A stretch of 64,000 nt of DNA from an uncultured virus (IMG/VR IMGVR_UViG_3300017747_004058) (taxonomy: Duplodnaviria; Heunggongvirae; Uroviricota; Caudoviricetes): the IMG/VR virus record IMGVR_UViG_3300017747_004058, one strand, 5' to 3'. This document shows positions 9,629 to 19,030 of the stretch, piece after piece; position 1 is the first letter of the stretch; every line of letters begins with the position of its first letter. The notes beneath the pieces are model-generated. The model was given only the letters and a program-made list of their open reading frames with translations, did not search any database and was not told where the DNA came from. The translations under genes were made by a program, and so were the position numbers.

Positions 9629-10195
9629 ATGGATTCCGAAAAACTTCATAAAGAGGACTGGATAGTTGCTCCCGTAGGCATTAAAATTGCGCGACGGTTG
9701 ATCGAGAGTGAGCATTATGCAAAGGGAGCTTCTAACACTGCTACCTTTCTACACGGCCTGTATCGAAAAGACGATCCAAATCAAGAGTGTGTTGGAGTCT
9801 CTTGGTGGATTCCGCCTACGAAATCCGCTGCTGAAAATACCTATCCTCCAAACTGGAGGGGTGTTTTGAGTCTTTCAAGATTAGCTATCAAGCCGCACGT
9901 CCCTAAAAATGCTTGCACATTCTTGCTTGCTCGTTCTAGGAAATTGATTCCCAGGGATGTTTGGCCATGCTTGGTGACGTATGCGGATGAATGGAGAGGG
10001 CATATAGGTGGCATTTATCTTGCAGACAACTGGAGATTCGCCGGAAAAACTAAACCGGAAAGAACCTACCAAATTGACGGCAGAATGACAGCTAGAAAAG
10101 TTGGACAAAAGACTAGAACGCATGCCGAGATGTTGGCGCTCGGGGCTGTAATGGTCGGATCGTTTTCAAAGTATAAGTACGTGTATTTGCGTTAA
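9629..10195 (+). CDS. Mom-family (GNAT-fold) DNA adenine modification protein
   Basis: I..EHY, LSRLAI, PKN..TFLL, LVTYAD..RGH.G.IYLADNW.FAG motifs resemble phage Mu Mom-like proteins; visibly more AT-rich than neighbours. Confidence 0.75.
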   Translation: MDSEKLHKEDWIVAPVGIKIARRLIESEHYAKGASNTATFLHGLYRKDDPNQECVGVSWWIPPTKSAAENTYPPNWRGVLSLSRLAIKPHVPKNACTFLLARSRKLIPRDVWPCLVTYADEWRGHIGGIYLADNWRFAGKTKPERTYQIDGRMTARKVGQKTRTHAEMLALGAVMVGSFSKYKYVYLR

Positions 10196-10214
10196 GAAAA
10201 GAGGCTGGCGAGGC

Positions 10215-10430
10215 ATGAAGGAACCAAAAATACTGTGCGTTAACTGCAAGTACGTTTCAGAGTGGGGAGAATCTTGGCTTACAAAGGAAAAGCGTGCTGA
10301 CTGCCTTATCATTTTTCCTGGACAGCTTAAAAAGACAAGCCGCGTATCGGTAGGACTTGATGAGGGTTGCGATCTAGGCGAGCCGAAGACACCAGCCACG
10401 CCCAAGGTGCTGGCCAAAGTAAACCAATAG
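10215..10430 (+). CDS. Small Cys-rich hypothetical protein
   Basis: CxxC...C...C; GAGG upstream. Confidence 0.5.
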   Translation: MKEPKILCVNCKYVSEWGESWLTKEKRADCLIIFPGQLKKTSRVSVGLDEGCDLGEPKTPATPKVLAKVNQ

Positions 10431-10459
10431 CACAGAATATACTGGGGTCTAAGGCTTAT

Positions 10460-12865
10460 ATGGACACCCTAGGCACCTTGGACGAGCAAGCTGTTGGCAG
10501 CGAATTGGAGCTGGGGCTGGATTCCCCTGAGCAAGAGCCCGATCCTCAAGAGCAGGACCAGGAATTCCTAGAGCGCCTGGAGGGGCCCATTAAGTCCCTG
10601 CTTGAAACCTACGTTTTTACTCCCAATCGCCAGAGCCGCATCATACAGGTTAACCGCAACTGGCGGAACCTGCTTTATTTTCGCGGCGACCAGTACTTAG
10701 TCCCCATCACGCTACCTGGGGGTGCAATTGAATACCGCCAAGCATCGCCGGAGAACATTCGCCAAGCCATGGGCCTGGGCGAGCAAGACCCGATGCCGGA
10801 GATTTTTGACTACGTTTTTAATTTCATCCAGCCGGACATTAACAAGCAGGTAGCCTTGGTGAGCCGGCTAAAATACGGCCAAGCGGCAACACTCCTGCTC
10901 CCTGTCAACGCGGCCGTGAAAGCTGAGGCCGCCCCCAGTCTTTATATCGCCGACGATGTGAGCGATATGTTGGACCAAATCCTAAGCCTCCCAGACAAGA
11001 TCGAGACCGTTATCCGCTACTTAGACCTTTATGGTGCGGTGTTCATTCATACGCCCTACGTCATCGATGCGGCCAAGTACGGTGTCGAGATCATTCCGCA
11101 GACCAAGATCATTGAGACCCCCGTTCCCGCATCCTGGAACTGCACCGATTGCGGCAGCTCCCAGCCAGAAGAAATGGGGCCGGTGTGCGCTAAATGCTCC
11201 TACTTAATGACTGCCGACGACTATCAGCCGGCAACGAGCATTCCACAAGCCGTGCCCGATGAACCATTAAAAATCCCCCGTGGCATGCCGGAGCTGGAAG
11301 TTTATAACACCAGCACTACCTACATACAATTCGACGCCATGAGCTGCGATCATTCGCCCTGGCTCATTTGGGAAGGGTACGGCCGGCTAGGTAAACTGCG
11401 CCAAGAATACCGCGACGTGCCGCGCATATTCAACCTCCTTAAAGACTCTTTTCCCAGCGTGTCGGGGTTTGGGTCCTTTGCAGACTATGGACGCAGCATA
11501 CAGTCTGCCATGTCCAGCATGCTGGGCACGCCGTCCGGCATTAACCGCATCGGTCAAGTCCCTACCCTTAAGGCTTGGCTCGATCCAGAAATGTACGAAC
11601 TTCTGGAAGACAAGGACGACGACCTACGCCTGGAACTCATTAAGCGTTTCCCTGAGGGGATTAAGCTAGAGTTCGTGAGCGATTCCCTGGCTAAGGTAAT
11701 GCCCGAGAATAAGAACACCGTCTGGACCTGCTTAGCGCCAACCAAGACTTCCCCTCTGATGGCCGAAAAGCCCATCTTTGACATTTACTTTGAGGGACAG
11801 GATATCGTAAACGATGCGCTCGGTCTCAGTGAGCAAATCATGTCCAGCAGCATTCCCGTGTTCCTGTACGACCCTTCCCTGGTTGACGAGGAAAAGGTCA
11901 ATGATCTCGCTCGCCGCGTGAATCAATGGGTGCAGACCAAGAAGGGCACCCAGGGGAGCATTAAAGACCGGGTGTACCAGCTAACTCCCTCTCAGCCTAC
12001 GCAAGTCCCTATGGAGATCGCGCAATTCGTGATTCAGTTCTGCCGCGAGAACAGCGGCGTGACTGAAGCGGCATTTGGTGCGGCCAGCAGCGATACAGCC
12101 ACTGAGAGCGAGAACAACCTGCAACAGGCGTTGCAAATGTTTGGTCCCATTTATGCGACGATTCGCCGAGCGGTGAGCGAGTTAAAGTACAAAGCCACTA
12201 GCCTAATCGCCAAGTTCAACAATGATGAGATCCCATTTCCTATTGAAGGCCGGCCGCCTGTTATTGTTCCGTGCGAGGGCCTAAGCAACCTAACCACGCT
12301 CCCTTGGGCGTACACGAGCGACGAGCAGCATCCCAGTACTCCTGCATCCCGGCGGCGGGCAGTCATGGAGATCTTGCGCGATCCCAACCTAGCCATGAAC
12401 TTCCCCGAGCTTAGGGACCCGAGCAACTTTGAAGCCATCCAGGAAGCCACGGGCCTGCACTTAAACAACCCGGCTATGGTGCAAAAAGAAGCCATCGAGG
12501 CCCTGGTTCCTGAGATCATTGCTGGCACGGCGCAAATCCCCTTGCCGCCTAGCGTGTACCCGCCGGAGCTGGTCACACAGGTGCTTTCTTATTGGCTGCT
12601 AGACCGTCAAGGAACTAAGCTTAAGCAAACGGACCCAGAAGGCTGGTCCCAGGTGGTGCAATTCATTGACGCCAACCAGCAAGCTCTTGCGCCGCCGCCC
12701 ATGGAAGGCGATCCCAATGACCCTAATGCGCCGCCGGATGCTGGGGGTGGTGGAGATCCCAATACTCCCCCGGACGACGGGAGCGGTCTGGGTGACCAAG
12801 CGCCCATCCCAGAGGGCGACCCAGAACAACTAACAGGTGGACCGCCGCCGGCTGGGTTTGCTTAA
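10460..12865 (+). CDS. Portal protein
   Basis: About 800 aa after TerL; LYFRGDQY, FNFIQP.I, RENSGVTEA.FG and TATE motifs; Pro/acidic tail. Start moved to ATG 10460. Confidence 0.75.
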   Translation: MDTLGTLDEQAVGSELELGLDSPEQEPDPQEQDQEFLERLEGPIKSLLETYVFTPNRQSRIIQVNRNWRNLLYFRGDQYLVPITLPGGAIEYRQASPENIRQAMGLGEQDPMPEIFDYVFNFIQPDINKQVALVSRLKYGQAATLLLPVNAAVKAEAAPSLYIADDVSDMLDQILSLPDKIETVIRYLDLYGAVFIHTPYVIDAAKYGVEIIPQTKIIETPVPASWNCTDCGSSQPEEMGPVCAKCSYLMTADDYQPATSIPQAVPDEPLKIPRGMPELEVYNTSTTYIQFDAMSCDHSPWLIWEGYGRLGKLRQEYRDVPRIFNLLKDSFPSVSGFGSFADYGRSIQSAMSSMLGTPSGINRIGQVPTLKAWLDPEMYELLEDKDDDLRLELIKRFPEGIKLEFVSDSLAKVMPENKNTVWTCLAPTKTSPLMAEKPIFDIYFEGQDIVNDALGLSEQIMSSSIPVFLYDPSLVDEEKVNDLARRVNQWVQTKKGTQGSIKDRVYQLTPSQPTQVPMEIAQFVIQFCRENSGVTEAAFGAASSDTATESENNLQQALQMFGPIYATIRRAVSELKYKATSLIAKFNNDEIPFPIEGRPPVIVPCEGLSNLTTLPWAYTSDEQHPSTPASRRRAVMEILRDPNLAMNFPELRDPSNFEAIQEATGLHLNNPAMVQKEAIEALVPEIIAGTAQIPLPPSVYPPELVTQVLSYWLLDRQGTKLKQTDPEGWSQVVQFIDANQQALAPPPMEGDPNDPNAPPDAGGGGDPNTPPDDGSGLGDQAPIPEGDPEQLTGGPPPAGFA

Positions 12866-12921
12866 GCTGCGAGTAATCCATTAGGTTGTAATTAAACTCA
12901 TGCGGGCGGTATACTACCCAC

Positions 12922-14244
12922 ATGGATGAACAAGTATTGGACGGCGCTCTCGAAATCACGGCTGACGACGAACAAGGAGCACTAGAAGACACCGTAGAGG
13001 TTGCGGAGAGCGTAGAAAGCGCAGACGGCACTGAGGACGCGGGCACTGGCGAAGAAACCGGTGCAGAACCGGCCGCAGACACTACCCCCGACCCTGACAC
13101 TCTCACTCCCGAGCAGCGCCTAGAGAACGCTCTTAAGAGCTTCCCCAAAGACTCTCACGAGGACATCCGCGCCGCCATTTCCCTGGCTGAGGAAATCGCC
13201 GACCCTGAAAAGGGTCTGGGCTTTATTCCCAGCGCCAAAGAGATCATTGAATGGAAAGAGGCCACTGCCGAAGCCGTGGAAATGTTTAGCTCTCTGGGCG
13301 CGGGGAGCGATGTCACCTTGGCCAACATGATGGTAGCGCGGGATAAAGAGGGCCGCGCTCTGTTTAGCAAGGACGGTACGCTTCCCCAGCTTAGCGATGA
13401 CGGCATCGGGATCGTGAATGCCGTGGGTAGAGTTCTGCCGCATATTCCCAAGGACGCCCAGCATTTCATTGTGCAGGCAGTCAGCATGCCGGAAATGCTC
13501 AATGTGCGGCAGGACATTCTTGCTTTGCAAAACAAGCTAGACCGTACAACGGACAAGCAGTCCGAAGAATACCTAGTTGGCGAGAACGAAGTCCTGGACC
13601 TCACTGCCCGGTTCAACGCCCTGCGAAAGCTTAGTGGCCTAGTCGAAGTGGACAAGGACAATCTCATCGACCCCGCCTGGAACCCGGTCAAAGAGCCCAC
13701 CAAGGAAGAGCAGGAACTTGCACGCCTACGCAAGGAAATGCGTGCCAAGGAAGCCAAGCAGTCTCAACGGCCGGTAGAGGTCATGGGAAGGCTTATCGAC
13801 AACAAGGCCGCGGAGTCCCTGACCAGCTTTGTGGGTGAGATTGCCAGCAGTCTAAAGGTATCCGTACCTGCTAAAGTGCTCGGCGGCCTAGTGGAGAAAG
13901 CCCTGGCAGACGTGGCCAAGCGCCCCGGCCTGGAGCAGGACCTTAAAAAGTTCGCTCGCCAAGCGGCCGTGCGCAATGACAAGGATTCATTAAACACATA
14001 CCTGTCCCGGCTTAAGAGCGCCGTCCGCCCCTATCTTAAGAAACACATCGCTGAGCACCAGCGCCAAGTGGTAGACGCCACGACTAAGGTAGCAGGGAAA
14101 AAGGTAGCTACCGGCCAGCAGCGGCAGGCACAAGCGCCCAAGACTTTGACTAAGCCAGTCGTTGCCAAGCAGGGTCAGCCCACGCGCACGGCCGTGCCAG
14201 CCAAGAAGTCCAGCAGTCCTTACGACCTAATAAAGGGTCTTTAA
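12922..14244 (+). CDS. Putative scaffolding protein
   Basis: Acidic N-terminus, helical, basic C-terminus; between portal and capsid; TATACT-6nt-ATG. Confidence 0.6.
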   Translation: MDEQVLDGALEITADDEQGALEDTVEVAESVESADGTEDAGTGEETGAEPAADTTPDPDTLTPEQRLENALKSFPKDSHEDIRAAISLAEEIADPEKGLGFIPSAKEIIEWKEATAEAVEMFSSLGAGSDVTLANMMVARDKEGRALFSKDGTLPQLSDDGIGIVNAVGRVLPHIPKDAQHFIVQAVSMPEMLNVRQDILALQNKLDRTTDKQSEEYLVGENEVLDLTARFNALRKLSGLVEVDKDNLIDPAWNPVKEPTKEEQELARLRKEMRAKEAKQSQRPVEVMGRLIDNKAAESLTSFVGEIASSLKVSVPAKVLGGLVEKALADVAKRPGLEQDLKKFARQAAVRNDKDSLNTYLSRLKSAVRPYLKKHIAEHQRQVVDATTKVAGKKVATGQQRQAQAPKTLTKPVVAKQGQPTRTAVPAKKSSSPYDLIKGL

Positions 14245-14264
14245 GGGATCATAATCCAACAAAT

Positions 14265-14336
14265 CGGGGTGTACGGGAAATGGTTACCCGACGAAATGGC
14301 CAGCGGATGTAGGTTCGAGTCCTGCCGCCCCGACCA
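14265..14336 (+). tRNA. tRNA-like element with Pro-like acceptor end and shortened anticodon arm
   Basis: Acceptor CGGGGTG/CGCCCCG-ACCA, D arm CGGG/CCCG with TGG loop, T arm GTAGG-TTCGAGT-CCTGC; only 18 nt between D and T arms. Confidence 0.7.
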
Positions 14337-14347
14337 AATTAATCTGC

Positions 14348-14366
14348 TAGGTTTAATATAAACCTA
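14348..14366. promoter_or_regulatory. 19-bp palindromic motif with perfect arms, upstream of the capsid gene
   Basis: TAGGTTTA-ATA-TAAACCTA. Confidence 0.75.
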
Positions 14367-14467
14367 ATAGTTTCAATAGGTTACAATTCCACGGCTTGAC
14401 AATTTCTGGTATTATTTTCTCATCCGGGCTTTGCTAAAGAAGGAGGCTCAGAAAAGGAGAAAACTAA

Positions 14468-15961
14468 ATGCCTGTTGCTGCTCCCGATCCGATTCGTGGT
14501 GCGCGCACGCTGCTGAGTCAGAAGGTCTCTGACAAGCAAGCGGAGTTCTACGGCCATGAAGGCTATTTCTGGAAAAAGATGATGGGCGCTACGGAGAAAG
14601 TCCAAGGCGTGAACAAACTCTTTTTCAAGATGCCGATTCAGATTCGCCCTGGTTTCGGTCTGTCCCGTTCGTCCATGAACGGGTACGGCGAATACCCCGA
14701 AGGCCGTTTGGCTCAGTACAAGGAAATCTTCGGCGGCTATTACTCTGCCACCTACACGGTGGAGAGCACTTTGGAAGCTGCTCGCACGGTTAAGCCGGGA
14801 TCGGCCATCCTGGACATCAATGCTCGTACCCTGGCCATGCTCCCCTTGCAGGCTCAGGAAGTGAACAACATTCTCTTCGCCACGGACGGCTCCGGCGTTC
14901 TCATGGGCGAGGGTGTGGGTGCCAGCTCTGTTGGCACGGGCAGTGACCCGGTGTTGGGGAGCAACCTCGTCACCATGACGTTCAACGCCGCCGGCGACAT
15001 GTGGAAGACCAATCGTGCCATGGCCGGCATGCCGGTGGACGTGTATGCGGCTGATCTCACCACGCGCCGGAACACGACCAACAGCTGCTTCATCGCCAGC
15101 GTGGACAGCGGGACCGAAACCGTTACCCTTTCGCTCACCAGCGCCGGTTTTGGCACCACCGTTGTGGCGACCGACGTGATCGCGTTCCCTGGTTTGATCG
15201 CCGAGACCACCAACTACCCCACTGGCTACAGCGGCGGCCTGACTCCTCCGTTGCAGGCTAACCAGAACGTCGTTCAGTTCTCGGGCGGCGGTGACGGCAG
15301 CGTGTACTACAATAACGCTACCTACCCGTTCAGCGTGTTCGGCATCACCGGTGACGCTTTCCGGCACGGTTACCGGGCGTTCTGCGACCCGACGAGTTCG
15401 CGCTACACAGGCGGCCTGCTGCGGTCCAGCGTCCCTGGTCTCACGCCGGTTGGGTATCAGGTGCCGGCTGGAACCCGCATTGATCCGATCCAGGTGCTTA
15501 CGCTCATTGGCAACATGGTGCGCAAGTTCCCGCAGTTCTCGCCCAAGGATCGCGTCGGCGTGTGCTCCTATACCCAGTACGTGATGTACTCGCAGTACGT
15601 GCTGAACATGAGCACTCTCATGCGCTCCGGCGGTCCCATCGCCAACGTGGATCTTGGACCCTCGGACAGCGAGTACGAGGACACCTTTACGATCAGCAAT
15701 ATCAAGCACTACAAGAGCGTGCGCCAGAAGCTCGACGAGATCGATTATTTGGTCCCCAAGAATTTTGGCGTGGCCTACATGAACGACACCGAAGCCTTCC
15801 AACCGGTTTCCACGCCGGCGACCGACGGCAACTACATGGTGACCGGTGCCAGCGGCCGGCCCCTGAGTGGCATGTACGGTAAGGCGTTTTTCGACGCTTT
15901 TGATTGGGTGTGCTTCGCGCCGGGTGCCAACGGCCGTCTGAGCGGCTTGGCCATCAGCTAG
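14468..15961 (+). CDS. Major capsid protein
   Basis: 497 aa after scaffold; strong SD AAGGAG; strong codon bias; followed by a terminator. Confidence 0.75.
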   Translation: MPVAAPDPIRGARTLLSQKVSDKQAEFYGHEGYFWKKMMGATEKVQGVNKLFFKMPIQIRPGFGLSRSSMNGYGEYPEGRLAQYKEIFGGYYSATYTVESTLEAARTVKPGSAILDINARTLAMLPLQAQEVNNILFATDGSGVLMGEGVGASSVGTGSDPVLGSNLVTMTFNAAGDMWKTNRAMAGMPVDVYAADLTTRRNTTNSCFIASVDSGTETVTLSLTSAGFGTTVVATDVIAFPGLIAETTNYPTGYSGGLTPPLQANQNVVQFSGGGDGSVYYNNATYPFSVFGITGDAFRHGYRAFCDPTSSRYTGGLLRSSVPGLTPVGYQVPAGTRIDPIQVLTLIGNMVRKFPQFSPKDRVGVCSYTQYVMYSQYVLNMSTLMRSGGPIANVDLGPSDSEYEDTFTISNIKHYKSVRQKLDEIDYLVPKNFGVAYMNDTEAFQPVSTPATDGNYMVTGASGRPLSGMYGKAFFDAFDWVCFAPGANGRLSGLAIS

Positions 15962-16013
15962 AGTTGCCGGGAGTGTACTGCTCGCGGTAGGCTGGAGTTA
16001 ATTCAGTCAGCGG

Positions 16014-16071
16014 AACCGGGGAGAGTGCTAAAGGATCTTTTATGGGTCCCTAAGCCTCTCCCCGGTTTTTT
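16014..16071 (+). terminator. Rho-independent terminator after the capsid gene
   Basis: AACCGGGGAGAG...CTCTCCCCGGTT followed by a T run. Confidence 0.75.
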
Positions 16072-16154
16072 ACGTTATAATCTCATTGGGTTACTTGAAT
16101 ACTGGCTTGGCTCCTTTTTTGGATCTGGGTTTTGATTGTTCTCTGGTTGATTTA

Positions 16155-16186
16155 AGGGGGCTCCATTGGGGCCCCCTATTTTTATT
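16155..16186 (+). terminator. Second hairpin/terminator
   Basis: AGGGGGCTCC-ATT-GGGGCCCCCT followed by ATTTTTATT. Confidence 0.6.
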
Positions 16187-16223
16187 GGTGGGTAAAGAGT
16201 GGCGCGTAGGTTACAATAAAACA

Positions 16224-16943
16224 ATGACCACGAGAGAAACTATAGAGCGCCTGAACCGTCGCCTAGTTGGTGAGCTGGGAACCAATCCTGAATTCGCTTG
16301 GAAGCCAACTGCCGAGCTGTCCGTCATGATTAAGGAACTCGACGATAACGGTAAGCCCGTGGTGGATTATTCCAAGCCAAGGCTGTACGCCGCGGATAGC
16401 TCCCTGGTCACCGTGACCTATAAGGAGTTCAAGTTCAGTACGGTGGACGAGGAGTATGTAAATTGCTACATCATGAGCAGCGTGTGCATTAGCGAAGGGG
16501 CTATCCTTTGGACTCCCTACGGTTGGGATGAACGCCTATGGTGCCCTGCTGGGGCTCGCAAGGGTTTTCCTGACGCCGGCCCAGACGGGGCATGTGGTCA
16601 CCGCGTATACGCCACCAAGCCGCACCGCGTGCCAACTCTGGAAGACACGATGAAGTTCGTTCGTGCCATTACTTACATGCGCTCGGAAATGGAACGGCGC
16701 ACCAAGCTAACCCCGCAGCAAGCCCAACAGGAAGAACTTAAGCGCAAGCGGGAAGAGCAGGCTCTTCTTGCGAACGAGGCCACCTATGAAATGATCCACG
16801 CCCTTAGTGTTGGTGCAGTGGACAAGGACGGGTTCTTAACCTACCGCCTCCCTGGCGAACGGTCATCGGCCACGTCCATATTTACTGAGCCGCTAAAGAA
16901 AGACGAAGCAGCCTCTGCGTCCGTGCCCACACCCGTAGCCTAA
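16224..16943 (+). CDS. Hypothetical protein
   Basis: TAGGT-TACAAT-6nt-ATG supports a start at 16224 rather than 16086. Confidence 0.6.
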   Translation: MTTRETIERLNRRLVGELGTNPEFAWKPTAELSVMIKELDDNGKPVVDYSKPRLYAADSSLVTVTYKEFKFSTVDEEYVNCYIMSSVCISEGAILWTPYGWDERLWCPAGARKGFPDAGPDGACGHRVYATKPHRVPTLEDTMKFVRAITYMRSEMERRTKLTPQQAQQEELKRKREEQALLANEATYEMIHALSVGAVDKDGFLTYRLPGERSSATSIFTEPLKKDEAASASVPTPVA

Positions 16944-16963
16944 CTTAGGTTAAAATTAAACAC

Positions 16964-17899
16964 ATGAATCCCGCATCGATGCACACTCCCTCGCAGTTCA
17001 CGCCGCAAGTCCCTCCTCAGCGGAGACAGGCTCCAGTTAGCGACTTGGCCATTCCCAGCAATGTCCCTCCAGGTGCTAAACCGGTGTTCATTTACAGCGT
17101 CTTTCCCAAGGAGTTGGTTGCGCACCGCATTCTGCGCACCTACTTGGAGGACCAGGACCATATCTGGCCCCCTGGGAGCAAGGACTACGACGGCAATGAC
17201 ATTTCTGGTGAAGTGCAACCGCAAAACCGCTGCCTCCAGCGTGGGCAGACCACGTTCATCATGCCGGCCGCGCCTAGAGATGGGTATAGCGTCCTGGCTA
17301 TCTATCCCTCCTATGACAATCTCCGGATTGTGAACACGGACGCCAACCCTGACCCGCAGTACCGGGAAGAGTTCGAGCTTAAGTCTACTGACGCCCAGTT
17401 CGTCGCCGAGGACCTAGTGCATTATTGGGGCACCCGGTTTGTAGAGTCCTCGGGGCATAAGGTGGGCTTGGCGATTGGCAAGACGCGCGTACCGCCGTCG
17501 CATGTGATTAGCAGCTTGCACAAGGGCCTGGAAGAATACAACAAACTCTTAGTCGCCCAGATTGATCGCCTTACCGGCCCAGCGGCGCAGATGGCCATTA
17601 CGCCGGCGCACGTTGAGGCTGTGCATTACCTGAACCTCACTCGCCCTTGGGCGGGTACGTTCGAGCCTAATAAGACCTGCCCACACTGCGCGTTTTCCCT
17701 GGGGTCCACTAAGCTGATCTGTCCCGAGTGCAACACGCACCTGCCCACGTTTTATAAGAACATGGGCGTGGAAACCGCGGACATCCCCGACCGCGCTGTG
17801 CGTGAGAACCTGCAAATGCTGGCCAAGATTCCCGTTAAAGTTCCGGCGGGGCCGGTAGTCCCGCCTGTTCAGCAGGGGCAGCAGGGCAGGGGCAAATAG
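16964..17899 (+). CDS. Hypothetical protein with C-terminal Zn ribbon
   Basis: CPHC...CPEC; motif variant TAGGTTAAAATTAAACAC-ATG upstream. Confidence 0.65.
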   Translation: MNPASMHTPSQFTPQVPPQRRQAPVSDLAIPSNVPPGAKPVFIYSVFPKELVAHRILRTYLEDQDHIWPPGSKDYDGNDISGEVQPQNRCLQRGQTTFIMPAAPRDGYSVLAIYPSYDNLRIVNTDANPDPQYREEFELKSTDAQFVAEDLVHYWGTRFVESSGHKVGLAIGKTRVPPSHVISSLHKGLEEYNKLLVAQIDRLTGPAAQMAITPAHVEAVHYLNLTRPWAGTFEPNKTCPHCAFSLGSTKLICPECNTHLPTFYKNMGVETADIPDRAVRENLQMLAKIPVKVPAGPVVPPVQQGQQGRGK

Positions 17900-17920
17900 C
17901 CTGTACACTTAATACAGGCC

Positions 17921-18922
17921 ATGCAACAGACTAACGCGCAAATCGCTGCCCGGTGCCGGCAGATTCTTGGCGATACGGAAGTCGCCGGTGGGCAGATATT
18001 CACCGACGCCTTCTTGCTCGCCAATTACACCGCACCGGTGTGGTCTGCGCTGTTAGCTGCCGGGGCCGCGGCAAGCCTGGACCTAAGCGTTCGGGAGAGC
18101 ACTGTACGTCTGTTGGCTAACCAAAAGATCCTTAACCCGTATGGGCGTCAAGCGGGGATTCCCAATCTCAGCCAAATAAATAGTATTTACAGCGCGAGCA
18201 TTGGCGTGGAGTCGTCCTTGCCCCTTAGTCCAGCGCCCACGGTGTCGGCGGACGGCTGGGTGAATTTGCAGCCCACGAGCACTACGGGCTTTAACACGGG
18301 TGACACGGTTCACATTGTGCGCGAGCGGCGCGTAGATGGCTGGGTGAATAATGAATGGACCATTAACCTTGCTGGCGGCGTGGTCACCTTAGTTGGTTGC
18401 GACGCTACCATTCGCAGTGATGACTATTCTACTGCTCTCCCTGGCTGGATCGTAAAGCGATCTACGGAATTCAGGGAGATCGGCCGGCAGATGGCTAACG
18501 TGCTCTCCAGCAATAGCCAAGCACAGGCTCAGGCTCCTATTCCTGGTCCCTGGCGTGTGGACGAGGGGGGTTTGATACGCTTTACTAACGCTCCTAGCTC
18601 CACTTGCTTGCTGCGCATCGTGTACCGGCAGAGCGCTACAGGAACAAGCATTGACCCCGACGCCGGCATTCCCTGGGATGACGCTGGCGAATGGATGGCT
18701 AACTGGATGGCCTACTTGGTCGCCAAAGACCGCATGTCCAGTGACTTCGCTTTTAAGATCGGCTCTGACGCATGTGGGGTGCAAGCAGATGGGCGCTCGA
18801 TTGTCCCAGACGGCAATGGCGGCATGCTGTTGCAGTTCATAAACAACCAGAGTAAGTCTCAACCTCCGCAATCGAGCGGCCGATACCGCGTTAAGAACCG
18901 TGCCAAGCGCTGCTGGTACTAG
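17921..18922 (+). CDS. Putative head-tail adaptor (tail tubular A-like)
   Basis: N-terminal 'IAARCRQILGD' helix and position; internal beta module. Confidence 0.45.
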   Translation: MQQTNAQIAARCRQILGDTEVAGGQIFTDAFLLANYTAPVWSALLAAGAAASLDLSVRESTVRLLANQKILNPYGRQAGIPNLSQINSIYSASIGVESSLPLSPAPTVSADGWVNLQPTSTTGFNTGDTVHIVRERRVDGWVNNEWTINLAGGVVTLVGCDATIRSDDYSTALPGWIVKRSTEFREIGRQMANVLSSNSQAQAQAPIPGPWRVDEGGLIRFTNAPSSTCLLRIVYRQSATGTSIDPDAGIPWDDAGEWMANWMAYLVAKDRMSSDFAFKIGSDACGVQADGRSIVPDGNGGMLLQFINNQSKSQPPQSSGRYRVKNRAKRCWY

Positions 18923-19030
18923 GGGATTAATAGGGTTTATAATAAACTCCCTCGTTCCTTGTTACCATTCACATGAGGCCGGGTAGCGCCCACGAAGCCG
19001 TTACACCACTCCTCGAAAGGTAGGTAACTT

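Noticed and set aside
10367..10459. Longer N-termini from the ORF track (also 16086, 20218, 47651, 51885, 53507)
   Set aside because: They overlap upstream genes or terminators; downstream ATGs fit coupling or leaderless geometry better.
14305..14336. tRNA 3' end as a simple attP core
   Set aside because: The complementary 5' acceptor strand and D arm are also present, and no integrase was found in the window.
14396..14418. TTGACA as the capsid promoter -35
   Set aside because: The nearest -10-like hexamers lie only 8-11 nt downstream, so spacing is not canonical.
14420..15802. 460-aa antisense ORF over the capsid gene
   Set aside because: Shadow ORF expected from strong codon bias on the sense strand; no domain-like sequence.
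15959..16135. Stop-codon readthrough extension of the capsid protein, or TAG recoding
   Set aside because: The downstream frame crosses a terminator hairpin and looks non-coding; TAG ends genes normally throughout.
18960..19030. Riboswitch in the leader of 19031
   Set aside because: Short pairings are possible, but there is no match to a riboswitch consensus I can support.
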